Shown in pieces: positions 34,780-45,424 of a stretch of DNA of 64,000 nucleotides. The DNA is taken from NCBI GenBank assembly GCA_000091205.1, contig AP006497.2. One strand, given 5' to 3'. The notes beneath the pieces are model-generated. The model saw only the letters and a program-made list of their open reading frames with translations. It did not search any database and had not been told where the DNA came from. Position numbers and translations under genes: made by a program. The stretch comes from Cyanidioschyzon merolae (taxonomy: Eukaryota). Numbering within the stretch: the first letter of the stretch is position 1; each line of letters opens with the position of its first letter.

Positions 34780-35672
34780 GCTAGGCGAGAGCGATCCGTT
34801 TGCGAATCATTTCGGAATGCGAATTCGATGTTCATGAGTGTCTTCCCGTAGTAATGCCTCTTTACTTCAGGTTCGAGGCGCGCCTGTTCGAGTTGGTTTA
34901 GCGCTTGCGTTCGAGCTTTTTGTCGATTCCATCGGGAAGCAGACCTGCTTTTTATTCTTCCTTGCACTCCGTGATTCAAGCCCATCACAGACGTGTTTTC
35001 TATCGTGAAACGTAATGATCGCTGCACTGGGCGAATCGCTGAAGCGTTCTGCACAATCACGTCGGAGCATATATCGTCGTTTTTCAGCAAGTCTTTCTCC
35101 CTCCGGGCAGGTCGTCGACTACGGGCATTCAGAAGTACGTGCATTTGTCGAAATAGAAAATCCATGCGAAAAGTATGGACATGAAAGTTAGGGATCCCGG
35201 AGGGTCGTCATTGCCAGGCGCCGGAAAAATGGATATATTGCTCTCCTCGTCGACCAGTGAGCGAAGAAGAGCAAGCGAAGATGATGACGAAGAAGAAGAG
35301 AATAGATAGGCGAGAAAAGATGGATGCCCGACGAGACGCTGGCGATTCTTTATTAGCACTGACGGCGCGAGTTCTAGCAATCCTGGCAATCGTGCGTTCA
35401 ACCGTCGACGATGCTCGCATGTAGCTCGTGAACCGAGACTTCACTGTCACCATCAATATCAGACGATGCGCGGTGCAGGAAACGATACCCGAGGAGCTAT
35501 GACGATCCAACTTCGTAGGGCATGCGCTCAGGCTCGACGCGTGCCTGGATACACTGAAGCTGCCAGCAGGTGGCTGGTCAGAAAAAATGGGAGGCTTCTG
35601 CACGCGGGCACCAGTTTAACCTCCATGGGCGCGAAATGCCTATCGTTTTACTGACTACAGACGTTCATTCTC
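34780..35672 (+). mobile_element. 5'-truncated non-autonomous derivative of the same family (3' part of left-end region + degenerate RuvC-III/RE segment), head-to-head with the fragment at 33687-34480
   Basis: 34860-35400 aligns with 48040-48520 (gcgttcgagctttttgtcgattccatcggg..., gtgttttctatcgtgaaacgtaatgatcgc..., gacgagacgctggcga). 35420-35500 translates to LVNRDFTVTINIRRCAVQETIPEEL; right end aligns with other copies to about 35672. Confidence 0.7.
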
Positions 35673-36541
35673 GAGCTCGCTCGTACGGCCACCAGCAACT
35701 AGTATACTGTGTTAAGAAGCATGCACAGTGAAATTCCGCAAAAGCTGAGCAGTCACCTGCATGCTGTTCTGATCTGGTAGGCTCGTACGCCATTTGGAAC
35801 GTTGGAGTCGTTTGCTTGTGCCTCCTTCGCGAACGAGCGATGCGGCGTCCGGAACCTTGGCCAAAACGCGTTCCAATACATTATTTCGAAAAGCTGGGCG
35901 TGAGACGCGAGTCAGGACGAAACGGCAATGCGCGCTCAAAGTATGGAAGACTCGATAGAGTCGACCTATCGAAAACAGCTGAGAACCCGAGGATACCAGT
36001 CGAACTTCAACGGTCTTGGACGAAGTTCACAGCCTCAGCACTTGAAATGCCATCCAAATCGCATCAAAACTTGAATATTGTTATTCGGGAGCAAATCGCG
36101 TCTCCGCGCTGGCCTGCCAGGGTTACGCCTCCGATGCCGTTCAGGTAGCCTTCATTGGAACTGGTTGTCTCCCAATGAGCCGTCTCGCTCGGCGGACCGC
36201 TCCCGCAGGCAATGTGCGTTTCCATTCAAAGTCAATCACATGCATCAAGCGTTCCAGGCGCTGCTCATTCGCCTGCACGGGACACTCGCAGGGCAACACG
36301 CTCTGCAGGCACAAGACACTAGTACGATATGCGCGTCCTTCGCAGATCAGCTCCATAGATTGTGGAACCCAAACGACGCTCCACATTCACCCAAGGACGA
36401 GAGAGCGCCCGCCCCGCAGAGCGATGGGATCCGCACGCGGCTCCGGTGCGCAGCCGCTGCCACGCGTCGTTATCGGGAGGCCTCTTCCGACTGACGGCAT
36501 CAGGTCATCACACGCTCATACAATGCTCAATCTCCAACCGG

Positions 36542-38224
36542 CTACGGGGAAAAGCTCTGGAAGAAGGAAATCGAAAAACCCTCGTCAAACCGGTCGCCAT
36601 CGCCACGTCGCAGAATACGTGCCCAGTTGACTTCAAACCGACCGAGGCTCGTACAGCAGGCGAGTCCAAGACCCGCTGACATGCGCCAACTCTGGCGCCA
36701 CGCGACAGCGTCCGACCATTCCCGACAGTCACCTATTGCACAGAACGTGTGGAACTGTAAGCCGAGGGAGCGTGCCACTGCACTGGTAACGATCGGGACG
36801 CCTAGATGTAAACCTAGTTTGTAGTAGACATCTCCACCGATGCTGTCTCCATCGGCGCTGGGCCCTAGGCCCCGATTCCGGAAGCCTCGGAATGCATTCG
36901 CACTGCCGCCGACGAAAAATCGATCGCAGATCCTCGTCTGACGCAACGCATGCCGGGGGCCGGCACGGTGCTCGCTTTTCCGGTCTTTCATCGCAGCGAG
37001 CGCTTGGTGGAAGGGAATGATCATTCCCCCCTGGAAGCCAACTGAGAACACGATAGGAGGCATCAGACGCTCGGGTGGTGACGGGGCAGCGTCACCAGCT
37101 GCAAGTGAATCGTCCACATTGCGCACGAGTTCGCTGCCGTCGGCTCCCGTCAGTGGCACATTCCACTGCCACGAGAGCTCGCTTCGAATAAATCTCGTTG
37201 CGGGATCGCCACCGAGTCCCGCTAGTTCACAGTTCCACTGAGCATTCGTACCCTGACGAGGCGCCAGCGGATCGTCGCGACCATCCCGGGTCCAGGTGTA
37301 TTTGAATGAGCTCTTCACTGAGTGCCCAGCTTGTTCACGAACCCTGATGCTTGCGTGCGGTGCGACTTGCCCCAGCTCGCGCCAGCTGCACTCATAAGCG
37401 AAACGTCCGAACCGCGTCTGGAGGCCGGCTTCAAAGCTGCGCTGAAACTCACTATACGAACTTGTGTCCATGCGATTCAGCAGGGCGCTCTCGGCACTTG
37501 CCGTCGCCAATGCGTCCAGTAACCCCCAGGGATGTGGTTTTCGCCAACCGCAAACAAGATGATTCGTGGCTGTTTGTTTTGCAAATAGGTAGCGGTTCGG
37601 GTGCACCAGTGCAGCGAGGCTACTCAAACTCGAGAGCGCGAATCCGGACCCGCCGACGCCCGCACCAAGTTGGCAATGCAAAGCATCTCCCGTCCCAGTA
37701 AAGTTTATGAAGCCTCCATCAAGCTCGAGAGCGGTCTCGCCGGTGCGCGTATCGGTAGAGGTCCCAATACGGAGTGAAAAAGGTGGCGCCTCACGCACAG
37801 TAACGAGTGCATCGCAGGGCACAGACTCTGCAGTTGGCTCACCGTTCGCAGGGACCGCCGATTCATCGATGAGAATGTCCACTGCACGGAAACACTCGGT
37901 CAGACGGAGTCGCTCGGTTGCGAGTGACGCTCGTTCGAGGAGCTCCTCGAGTGTCAACGAGCGGCGGCTAGACTCAGGAGGCAACGAGTCTCGGTTCTGC
38001 TCCTCCGACAAAGATGCATCTAGGAGGCTCTGGACAAAGTCGATGCGAGTTCGTTCGACGCCGCGAATAATGACCCGCCGCAGACGAACTGTTTCACGCA
38101 AGATGTCGCGAACTGGTGCTTCAAGATTTTGCGCTGAGGCAGTAGCTTGCTCAGATCCGGAAACCATCCGCGGGTGCGTACCAGTGCAGCGCTCCTTGAA
38201 GAAAGCTGCCGATTTCTCCACCAC
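36542..38224 (-). CDS. Sam50/Omp85-family outer-membrane beta-barrel assembly protein (mitochondrial SAM50-like)
   Basis: ASIRVREQAGHSVKSSFKYTW...QWNCELAGLGGDPATRFIRSEL and DRFFVGGSANAFRGFRNRGLGP...GGDVYYKLGLHLGVPI are collinear with SAM50 (ASFAVRKESGHSLKSS..., DRFYLGGPTSIRGF...GGEAYWAGGLHL); N-terminal POTRA-like segment. Confidence 0.85.
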   Translation of the reverse strand: MVEKSAAFFKERCTGTHPRMVSGSEQATASAQNLEAPVRDILRETVRLRRVIIRGVERTRIDFVQSLLDASLSEEQNRDSLPPESSRRSLTLEELLERASLATERLRLTECFRAVDILIDESAVPANGEPTAESVPCDALVTVREAPPFSLRIGTSTDTRTGETALELDGGFINFTGTGDALHCQLGAGVGGSGFALSSLSSLAALVHPNRYLFAKQTATNHLVCGWRKPHPWGLLDALATASAESALLNRMDTSSYSEFQRSFEAGLQTRFGRFAYECSWRELGQVAPHASIRVREQAGHSVKSSFKYTWTRDGRDDPLAPRQGTNAQWNCELAGLGGDPATRFIRSELSWQWNVPLTGADGSELVRNVDDSLAAGDAAPSPPERLMPPIVFSVGFQGGMIIPFHQALAAMKDRKSEHRAGPRHALRQTRICDRFFVGGSANAFRGFRNRGLGPSADGDSIGGDVYYKLGLHLGVPIVTSAVARSLGLQFHTFCAIGDCREWSDAVAWRQSWRMSAGLGLACCTSLGRFEVNWARILRRGDGDRFDEGFSISFFQSFSP

Positions 38225-38439
38225 ACACTGGAGACGTAGACCTCAGACAGTCGAGGTCGATCGCAGCTGCCGAGCCTTTGCAAAACCTGTCCACGGTGTA
38301 AGCAGACACGTCGTCCCCAAAAGTCTGCACCAGCGCAACGCCACATTGGTTCGGGCGAGCGCTTCCGCTGCCGAGGGCGATCCTGCGGGCCTGCCTGCAC
38401 AGCCGCTCGATGAGTGCATTGTCGCCCGTTCGGCGTTCT

Positions 38440-38620
38440 GGATCGACTGCGTTGAATGGGACTGCATCTGGCAGTGACGTCGGAGGTGTTATGGTGTCAT
38501 CTGGGTGTGCAACGATGCTCAAATGCGTTGCATGGGACTGCATCTGGCAATAACGATCGACCGCGTTGACAGGGACTGCATTTCGCACTAAAGTCGGAGG
38601 TGTCATCGTATCATCTGGGC
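38440..38620. repeat. Minisatellite: about 57-bp unit x about 3 (core gggactgcatctggca)
   Basis: gcgttgaatgggactgcatctggcagtgacgtcggaggtgttatggtgtcatctggg recurs with substitutions three times; 200-400 bp upstream of the Sam50 start. Confidence 0.8.
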
Positions 38621-38918
38621 CTCAAGTCGTTCGTGCAGTGTTGATGCCGGGTCGAAGAAAGGGACCGATTGCCCGTGCGCTTTTGTCCATGCGCACAGTC
38701 CCTGGAAGGCGGAGTGCGTTGATGATGGAGGTCCTTTTTGGATGCGTCCCCCAGATATCCCGCTGTTCAGACTCAAAAGGGTGACAGTCCTATTGAAAAG
38801 GTTCTCGTGCATCATGCCGCTCGCTAGTTTCGTCCCGGACAGCAAGGATAACCCCTAAAAGAGCTACAGACCACGGCGACGAGCTCGATGAACAAGAGTC
38901 TGCTCGTTCGGCGGCTGA

Positions 38919-38919
<1 letters not shown>

Positions 38920-38957
<38 letters not shown>
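38920..38957. repeat. (GCA)13 microsatellite
   Basis: agcagcagcagcagcagcagcagcagcagcagcagcac. Confidence 0.9.
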
Positions 38958-39554
38958 CGTTGCGCTGTCACGATCGAATTCGTGACATCACCGCCGCGCT
39001 TCACGGACGGCACACATCGCGCACCATCTACGAGCACATCTGTTTTCGCGCTGTACGCTCTTGAAGAGCAAAAACCAGGTGGCATATGAGGGCCAAGTGG
39101 AAGAAGAAGCGTATGCGCCGCTTAAAGCGAAAGCGACGAAGGATGAGACAACGTAGTAAGTAAGGCTGCTCTTTTCGTCTCCATAAATGTTGGCAGCTTG
39201 GCTCGCAACGTGCACGACAGGCACTCGGGGCGCCAGTTCATGAACGAGCTCGCGGCTGTGTTGCCGGTTTACGTGTTGGGGCGACTCTTTTTAGCTGAGA
39301 GTCGTCGTTGTCGTTGTCATAAATTGCGACACAAAGTATTTGCCGCCTCTTCTTCTCTAGACGGGTGAGTTGAAGCTACGAACTCGGAGGGCACAACTTT
39401 GACCTCGGAAACGAACCAGTTGGAACGGTAACCACTTTTAGCGGTATTATAAACAGGACGGACAGCCTTTTCCCCCGATCACTTGCAAGATGAGACTCTC
39501 CAGAAAACGAGGCGTTCGCCGGTCTCTACGAACACTGGCCGCGTGCCCGCTGCG

Positions 39555-40546
39555 TTAGTGCGTTTGCTGGATCTCCCGTTGAATCTCAGCAAGCGCCAGG
39601 CGCACGTCCCGCTCTGTTACCACCCTGTTTTCTCGTGCACACTCTTGGAAGAGGCTGTACAACCGCCTTTTGGCGGCGCCCCAGGCATATGCGTACTCCA
39701 GCTCCAGCACCCGCTTGCCCTGAATCGAAGGCGGAAACGGAGACATTTCCACGTCGACGGCACCATCCGCAGCCTGTTCCTCATCAAAAAGCCATTCCAG
39801 ATGCGCAGCGTTTCGTTGTGAGCTGCAGGCGTCACATGGACAGACTACCGCCTCCAGTTCCTCCACAGTCACAAATATCGGAGCCATTTGCTCCGACTGC
39901 GTCGACGTGTCGCTGTCAAGTACCGCTTGCGCAATGCAAAGCGGTTTCGACACGCTGCCCGCTGCCTTGGCAGCGGGCACCCATAGCGCCAAGGGGCTGC
40001 AGCTCCGCCGGCACGCAGTGCACACAAGCAGCCCGTCCGTGGAGCCCGTCGTCGCGTCCAGGCCACCGAGGCACTTGACGTGGAACCAGTCCTCACAACC
40101 AATACACTGGTGCATGGTGTCGTCTTTCTCGCCTTGATACTCGGCGTCACATACACAGAACCTGTTTCGAGCGTTGTGATGCTCTCGCAGCCACCACACC
40201 TGAGAGGTCGGCAACGGCGCAGCGGCAACGTCGCTTAGCGCACAGTGCGGAGGCGCACACTGGCATACGAGTCCGTGCTTGTTTCCCAGCGCAAACGTGT
40301 CGTGGTCTGCGTGGCAGGCATCCGCACACGCCTGGCATACGATGGACGGTAAACTGGGGCCCTCGGGCAGCGCTGCCCGCGTCGTGCACGTCCGACAGAC
40401 ACACACTGCTATTGCACGTTCTGCTTGAGAGCGCTCGCGAGCACACTGCCAGTTGTGCTCTGGACACGCAGCACTGACTAGGTCCTCCAAGGTCACCACA
40501 TCCTCTGAGTCTTCGACTGAACCGAGAGCGTGCTCACTAGACCCCA
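39555..40546 (-). CDS. UBR7-like zinc-finger protein (N-terminal Cys/His-rich zf-UBR-like cluster + PHD finger)
   Basis: CVCDAEYQGEKDDTMHQCIGCEDWFHVKCLG...CTAC (C4HC3 PHD); upstream cluster CVCRTCT...CQACADACHADH...CQC; first ATG at about 40546 (the ORF-track start at 40574 is a TTG). Confidence 0.5.
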
Positions 40547-40574
40547 TGCTTCGGGCGCCGTGGCAAAAGTGCAA

Positions 40575-43090
40575 ACCCCTGGAAACAAACGTCTTTCAAA
40601 AGAAAAACGATGCAGCCTGCGGTATACAGAAATGGCGCGCAGCGCGCCCGAGTCAGAACGTCTCCAGCTGACGTGCAGTCGCCTCCCCGTCTTTTTGGAC
40701 CGGCAACCTACTACTGATTCCAACTTTTTTTCATATAATTCCACTTTGGGAGGTTTTCCAACAACGTTCTCTCTTGTCAACTCTGGAGGTCTTTTCTCGA
40801 GCACCGCACATCTCCTTATATTGATGGCGGCGTTAAAGTCTCGGTTCGCAAACTCCATACGTTTCTTGCCATCATTGGTTGTACTTACTGATGCAAGCAA
40901 TCCTCGAACTTTCGCTCTCCTTTCCATTTGCTCTTCCGTCAGCGCTCCGTACTTTTTCGTATCCTCAGGGCTCCGCTAGCACTTTTCCATCTCCACCCTC
41001 TGAAGTGTACACCCCAGTTCATGGTGTGTATACGATGTTCGAAACTCATCCATTGGTATCGTAACGAAACGCCTCGCGCACTCCTTGTACGTTCTTGTCG
41101 TTGGAGCTGGAGTAGTCCCTTTTTGGGTCTTCCAGCGCCCTGCTCCGTACCCTGCTACGAGCCTCTGACTTTTATCCTCCTTCAGGGCACTCAACTGATT
41201 GAAAAAACTCTCGAACGCACGCTGCTTACCACACTATAGATTCATTCGCAAACGAGCCCACCGGGGCTTGGTATACTCCTCCCACAATGCATTCCAATGA
41301 GCAACGCGAACTTCCATGAATTTCCGAAAAGCTTTAAAGTCCGCTCCTCGGCTCGTCACCTCGCTCACAGCTTCCAGGTGCTCGTTCATTCCTGCATTCC
41401 ATTTCTCGATTTTCTTCCTCGTATTCATGATTCCCGATTCTCGATGGTATCTCGCTCTCGAGAACCTCAAAAGACGCATATCTTTCTGATGCAAGGTACC
41501 GTCAGTACCATCTTCCCCACGCTTCGGTGCTGCGATGGTTATGATACTTGTGTTTCCAGCGTCCGCGCCAACGACAAAGTCGTTCTCGTGCATCTTCTGT
41601 GTCGCAGGACCCGCCTTCTTCTCATCTTCATGGTTCTCCGAGGGCGGAACGGGCCGATCCACACTCAACCGCCGATAGTGTATGCACCTGGCTACTCCAT
41701 CGGTTTCGATCATCCCAGTGAATACCTTTTGTCTGCTTACTTTCAGACGTTTGAAATCGAAGATACTCTTCCGGGGCATCTCCCGGTTTTCGTCGGTGAA
41801 CTCCTCCCTGCGAACATCGAACTCCGGACAGATCTCCTTCAAGATGCCATGAAGGATTCTCGAGTCCATAGTCACAAAATGTGACTTGATATTGCAAATT
41901 GGAACCATGTTGAAGCGCTTCCCCATTAGGGCCGACTTCCGCCTCTCCCACTCTTTATTTGTCTCCTCACTCAGCTTCCTCTCTGCCTGGCGTTCGAGTT
42001 CTCGGTCCAGAACCACAGAATAGCGCAGGACGAGGCGATAGTATCTTTCCTTAACTTTTTTTCAACTCTGATATCTTTTCTGTTGGATTCGCCAGCTCCA
42101 AGACTGCACGGTGCTCTTGTATTACGGCACGGATGACGGAGTCCTCATTCATGCTCTGGTTTGACGCCTTCTTGTCGACGAATTCGATCTCATCTTCATG
42201 CTTACGATCGTTCGTGGTGCCATTGAGGTCCGCCTATACTCCATTGCGAGAGATGCGCGGGTAGCGTGCAAACACGGCACGTATCATGAAACGTTCGAGG
42301 TTCATTGTCAAATGGTTCTTCAGATTCGTGAGGTATTTCATGGCCCCATAGTCCTAAATATCCCGGTCACCCCTATACCGAGTACCCTCGAAGCGGAATT
42401 CCGGGAAGGTTTCGTGGAGGACATGCACTGCTCATTTTCCCTCCGCGCTTTCGCTGTACCAAGCATCAGGTGACGAATAAACGTCGTGTCGAAGAATTCT
42501 TCCGGAATCTCGACTGTTTCCATGTGCGTCACGTCGCGATACATCTCCTTCACCAAATGCATCAGTCCTATAGAGTCCATACGAACCCTCGTGAAGTACG
42601 AATCAACATAATTTCTGATGGCCTCTCGCAGATTTTGCTTGTGCGGATCCTGAATATGGCCTAGATGGCATGATTTCTTTACAATCTTGAAGTAGGGTCG
42701 TCTTTCGAGTTGCATTTGGCGCCGGGCCCCCCCTTGTTTTGCGTCATCGTCGTGTCTTGTTTCTCTTCGGTCGGTATTCTTTTTCGCTTTTTCCGCTAGC
42801 CGGCGACGCTGCCCCTCCAGGATCCTCCACTTCCTTTTCCATAACTTTCCTCTTTTATTTTTTTGTAACGCACTTTGAACGCTTCTGCTATAAACCGCGA
42901 AAAAAACACGAGAATACACTTGTTTGAGGTTTGAGACACAAATGAACGGAAAAACTGTACTTTGCTACAACTTTAACGCAAGTACAACTTTTATATTAGA
43001 GCAGCACGCTATTGATCAGGATCGCGTTTCCCTTCAGCTGCGGGATGCGCGTCGTGACTCGAAAACTAACAGATCTCCCTGGTGCGCAAA
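40575..43090 (-). mobile_element. Near full-length copy of the Fanzor/TnpB-family element (copy D), with a truncated left end
   Basis: Collinear on the minus strand with copy 47352-50613 from the N-terminal basic region (42919) to the right end (acccctggaaac at 40575-40586); about 75-80% nucleotide identity. Confidence 0.85.
40660..42919 (-). pseudogene. TnpB/Fanzor-like RuvC nuclease gene, inactivated (at least 3 frameshifts, 2 in-frame TAG stops)
   Basis: ORFs 42338..42919, 41234..42016, 40976..41194 and 40493..40927 form one collinear protein: N-terminal KRKWRILEGQRRRLAEKAKKN (basic), [17 protein letters not shown] (RuvC-I), IPMDEFRTSYTHHELGC (RuvC-II), NRDFNAAINIRRC (RuvC-III). TAG replaces Tyr at 41234-36 and Gln at 40976-78 relative to the other copy. 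Confidence 0.85.
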
Positions 43091-43574
43091 TCGATAGCGC
43101 TATGTAGAACAAAGAACAGAGACTCACGACTAGCGAGCAACGATACAGCAATTTCTCTCCCGTTCTACGATAAACGTTGAAAACGGGGAAAAGGTTCCCA
43201 TATTCTGAAGAGTCCTCCCTCTAGGCGAAAAGTCCCGCGAGCCGGACGAGTCTCCCGGACTCGTGCTTCGTGCTCCACCCAGTAGCGGGCGCTGTGGCGA
43301 GACCTGAGCAGTTCGTCCGCAACGCGGTTCATTCTGGGACTAGATGCGGGATGCTGTGTTTGGTCGTCGCCCTGATCGCAGTAGACTCCTAATATATCGG
43401 TTCGCGCTTTCGCAGGCAGTAGTTCTGTCTGTTTAGCCTACAGGCTCCCAGAATTATTCTGGACTCCAACGCTGTATCAGGTAAAGCGTTCCTCAATCCG
43501 TCGCCCTCAGTGGTATGGCAACGCTGTTCTATCTCCATGATGCATCCGTCCCAGTGGTATAGGCGCTAAGGCGG

Positions 43575-44200
43575 GTGCCCAAAGCAGGCACTCGGTCGCA
43601 CTACAGAACGCACAAAACGATCTGTACATCCGAAAGGAAGTATAAGGAACGGAGCATGGAGGTAGAGTGCATCATGATGGACACTTTTTCGATCAGCTAT
43701 ACCCATCCATCTCGCTATCTGGAATCCAAGTACAATGTAAACGTTTTGTCATTGGAGAGAAATCAGCGGCAACAGCAAATGCAGCGGATTTTGTTCCATG
43801 TGAAAACTTCTCACACAGGCGAGCGTGCCGCGACTCTGTGTGCTTGCTACCTGCGCGCGGTGAAACTTTCGTCGTTCCACGCTTTACGTCCGAGTTTCAT
43901 AACCCATACTTCTTCTCGGATGTACTGGCGTTTCAGACGTACTATCGGGCGCCGAGTGCCTGCCCGTGAACATCCGCCTCAATAGCGCTTGTAGCGCCGG
44001 TGCTGTCGTAGCACAGAAACAGAACGGCGTTGCCGTACCGCAGACGGCGTCTGCTCGAGGCATGCTTCACCTGACGTAGAACTGGGTCTCGTTGTCAGGT
44101 TGTGCTCGGACAGCCTGCGGATGCAAAACTTGCTTTCGCTGCACAACACATTGGAGAAACTTGGCTGTTACGATGAATCCTGGGAGCCGCCTCTCTCCTG
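43575..44200 (+). repeat. Dispersed repeat D (about 0.6 kb) lying 0.5 kb upstream of petC
   Basis: 43860-44200 aligns at roughly 80% with 54000-54340 (for example aatagcgcttgtagcgccggtgctgtcgtagcacag...gagaaacttggctgttacgatgaatcctggga); weaker similarity extends to 43660 / 53690. Confidence 0.75.
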
Positions 44201-44701
44201 CGTGATCGTACATGGAAAGCGTCGCCCTCGGTTGGCGACTCGGGTCTGTGCTTGGCACCCACCAGTGAGTAGGTACGCGTAACACTGGTCCCGTGTGCGC
44301 ATCTGGTTTGCTGGACCTTCCACCTAGAAGGTAGAGTATGAGTTCGCTGACCACTGGTGAGTGCTGGAGCTCAGTTACGGGACCATCAGTTGCTAGCACT
44401 ACACTCAAAGTAAGTGGCTGGCCTTCATTTACCACAGTGATTCCCAGATGTTAATGTCTCTCAAAGAGATAGCTGCGTTCTTTTTTTCCAGCACAGGCAC
44501 AGAAAGCTTAAGTGTGCTGGCGTCTCTGGCATCCCGATTCCGCTGCACCGAACGCCGCGATCCTTCGAAGCCCTGCATCGCGAGCACGCTGCCGCCCATC
44601 GTCGATGATCACGAAACGATTTTTCCGTTCGTGTTGCATGAACGTTTGCGTTCTTACTTGATTGCAACTCGCAGTTTCATTGTTGTGTATAACGCTGGAT
44701 A

Positions 44702-45424
44702 ATGTTCGTGCTTACAACAAATAGCCTTACGTTTAGAACGGTGCCTCGGTGTTATCCTGGTACGGTCGAACGTCAGCATACAACGCTGGGCAGGAAGCGT
44801 GTGGCACTGCGCATGACGTATGCGCTGCCGAGTACAGTTGATAACGCGCGTGGAGGGAGCGGAAGCGGTGGCGACGGTGGCGGCTCCTCGGGCTCCGATG
44901 ACGACTACATACCAGATATGGGGAAGCGCACGCTGCTGAGCCTCATTCTCTTGGGTTCAGTTGGACTCCCAGCAAGCATCATGCTGAGCACATACGCAAG
45001 CTACTTCATGCCGCCGTCGAAGAACAAGAGTTCAGGCGGCGTGATTGCCAAGGACGCCCTCGGGACGCCTATCAAGAAGGAGGAGTATCTGAAGACGCAT
45101 CCCCCCGGCTCTCGTGATCTTGTGCAAGGCCTGAACGGGGAGCCCACGTATCTTGTTGTGAACGACGCCGGCGAGCTCGAAACCTACGCACTGAATGCTG
45201 TTTGCACGCACCTCGGCTGCGTGGTGCCTTGGTACGCAGCACAGAACAAGTTCATTTGCCCTTGCCATGGCTCGCAGTACGATCGTACAGGGAAGGTGGT
45301 GCGCGGTCCAGCTCCGCTTCCGCTCGCTCTGGCACATACCAAAGTGGATGATGACGGGTTCGTACAGATCAAACCCTGGAAGGAGACCGACTTTCGAACT
45401 GGTGAGAAGCCCTGGTGGAAGTGA
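44702..45424 (+). CDS. petC: Cytochrome b6-f complex Rieske iron-sulfur subunit, plastid-targeted precursor
   Basis: [10 protein letters not shown] and CPCHGSQYD Rieske [2Fe-2S] boxes; [18 protein letters not shown] membrane anchor; GEKPWW C-terminus; Ser/Thr/Arg-rich roughly 55-aa presequence followed by a Gly/Ser linker. Confidence 0.9.
   Translation: MFVLTTNSLTFRTVPRCYPGTVERQHTTLGRKRVALRMTYALPSTVDNARGGSGSGGDGGGSSGSDDDYIPDMGKRTLLSLILLGSVGLPASIMLSTYASYFMPPSKNKSSGGVIAKDALGTPIKKEEYLKTHPPGSRDLVQGLNGEPTYLVVNDAGELETYALNAVCTHLGCVVPWYAAQNKFICPCHGSQYDRTGKVVRGPAPLPLALAHTKVDDDGFVQIKPWKETDFRTGEKPWWK

Noticed and set aside
38440-38957. CRISPR-like array (tandem 57-bp repeats; nearby (GCA)13)
   Set aside because: Only about 3 degenerate units without unique spacers, no cas genes, eukaryotic nuclear context. 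These are a minisatellite and a trinucleotide microsatellite.
40530-40979. Antisense ORFs overlapping the nuclease C-terminal region (40530..40979 +, 50184..50558 -, 33814..34125 +)
   Set aside because: These mirror each other only because the underlying DNA is a conserved repeat. The sense strand carries the RuvC-II/III motifs, and the antisense products are low-complexity with no family resemblance.
43500-43600. tRNA-like D-arm motif (cccagtggtataggcgctaagg)
   Set aside because: No anticodon stem or T-loop (GGTTCGANTCC) follows, so a cloverleaf cannot be completed.
43980-44200. Repeat D conserved core as a spliceosomal snRNA or SL RNA gene
   Set aside because: No match by eye to U1/U2/U4/U5/U6 conserved boxes or an Sm site. 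Only two long copies are present and they are not tandem.
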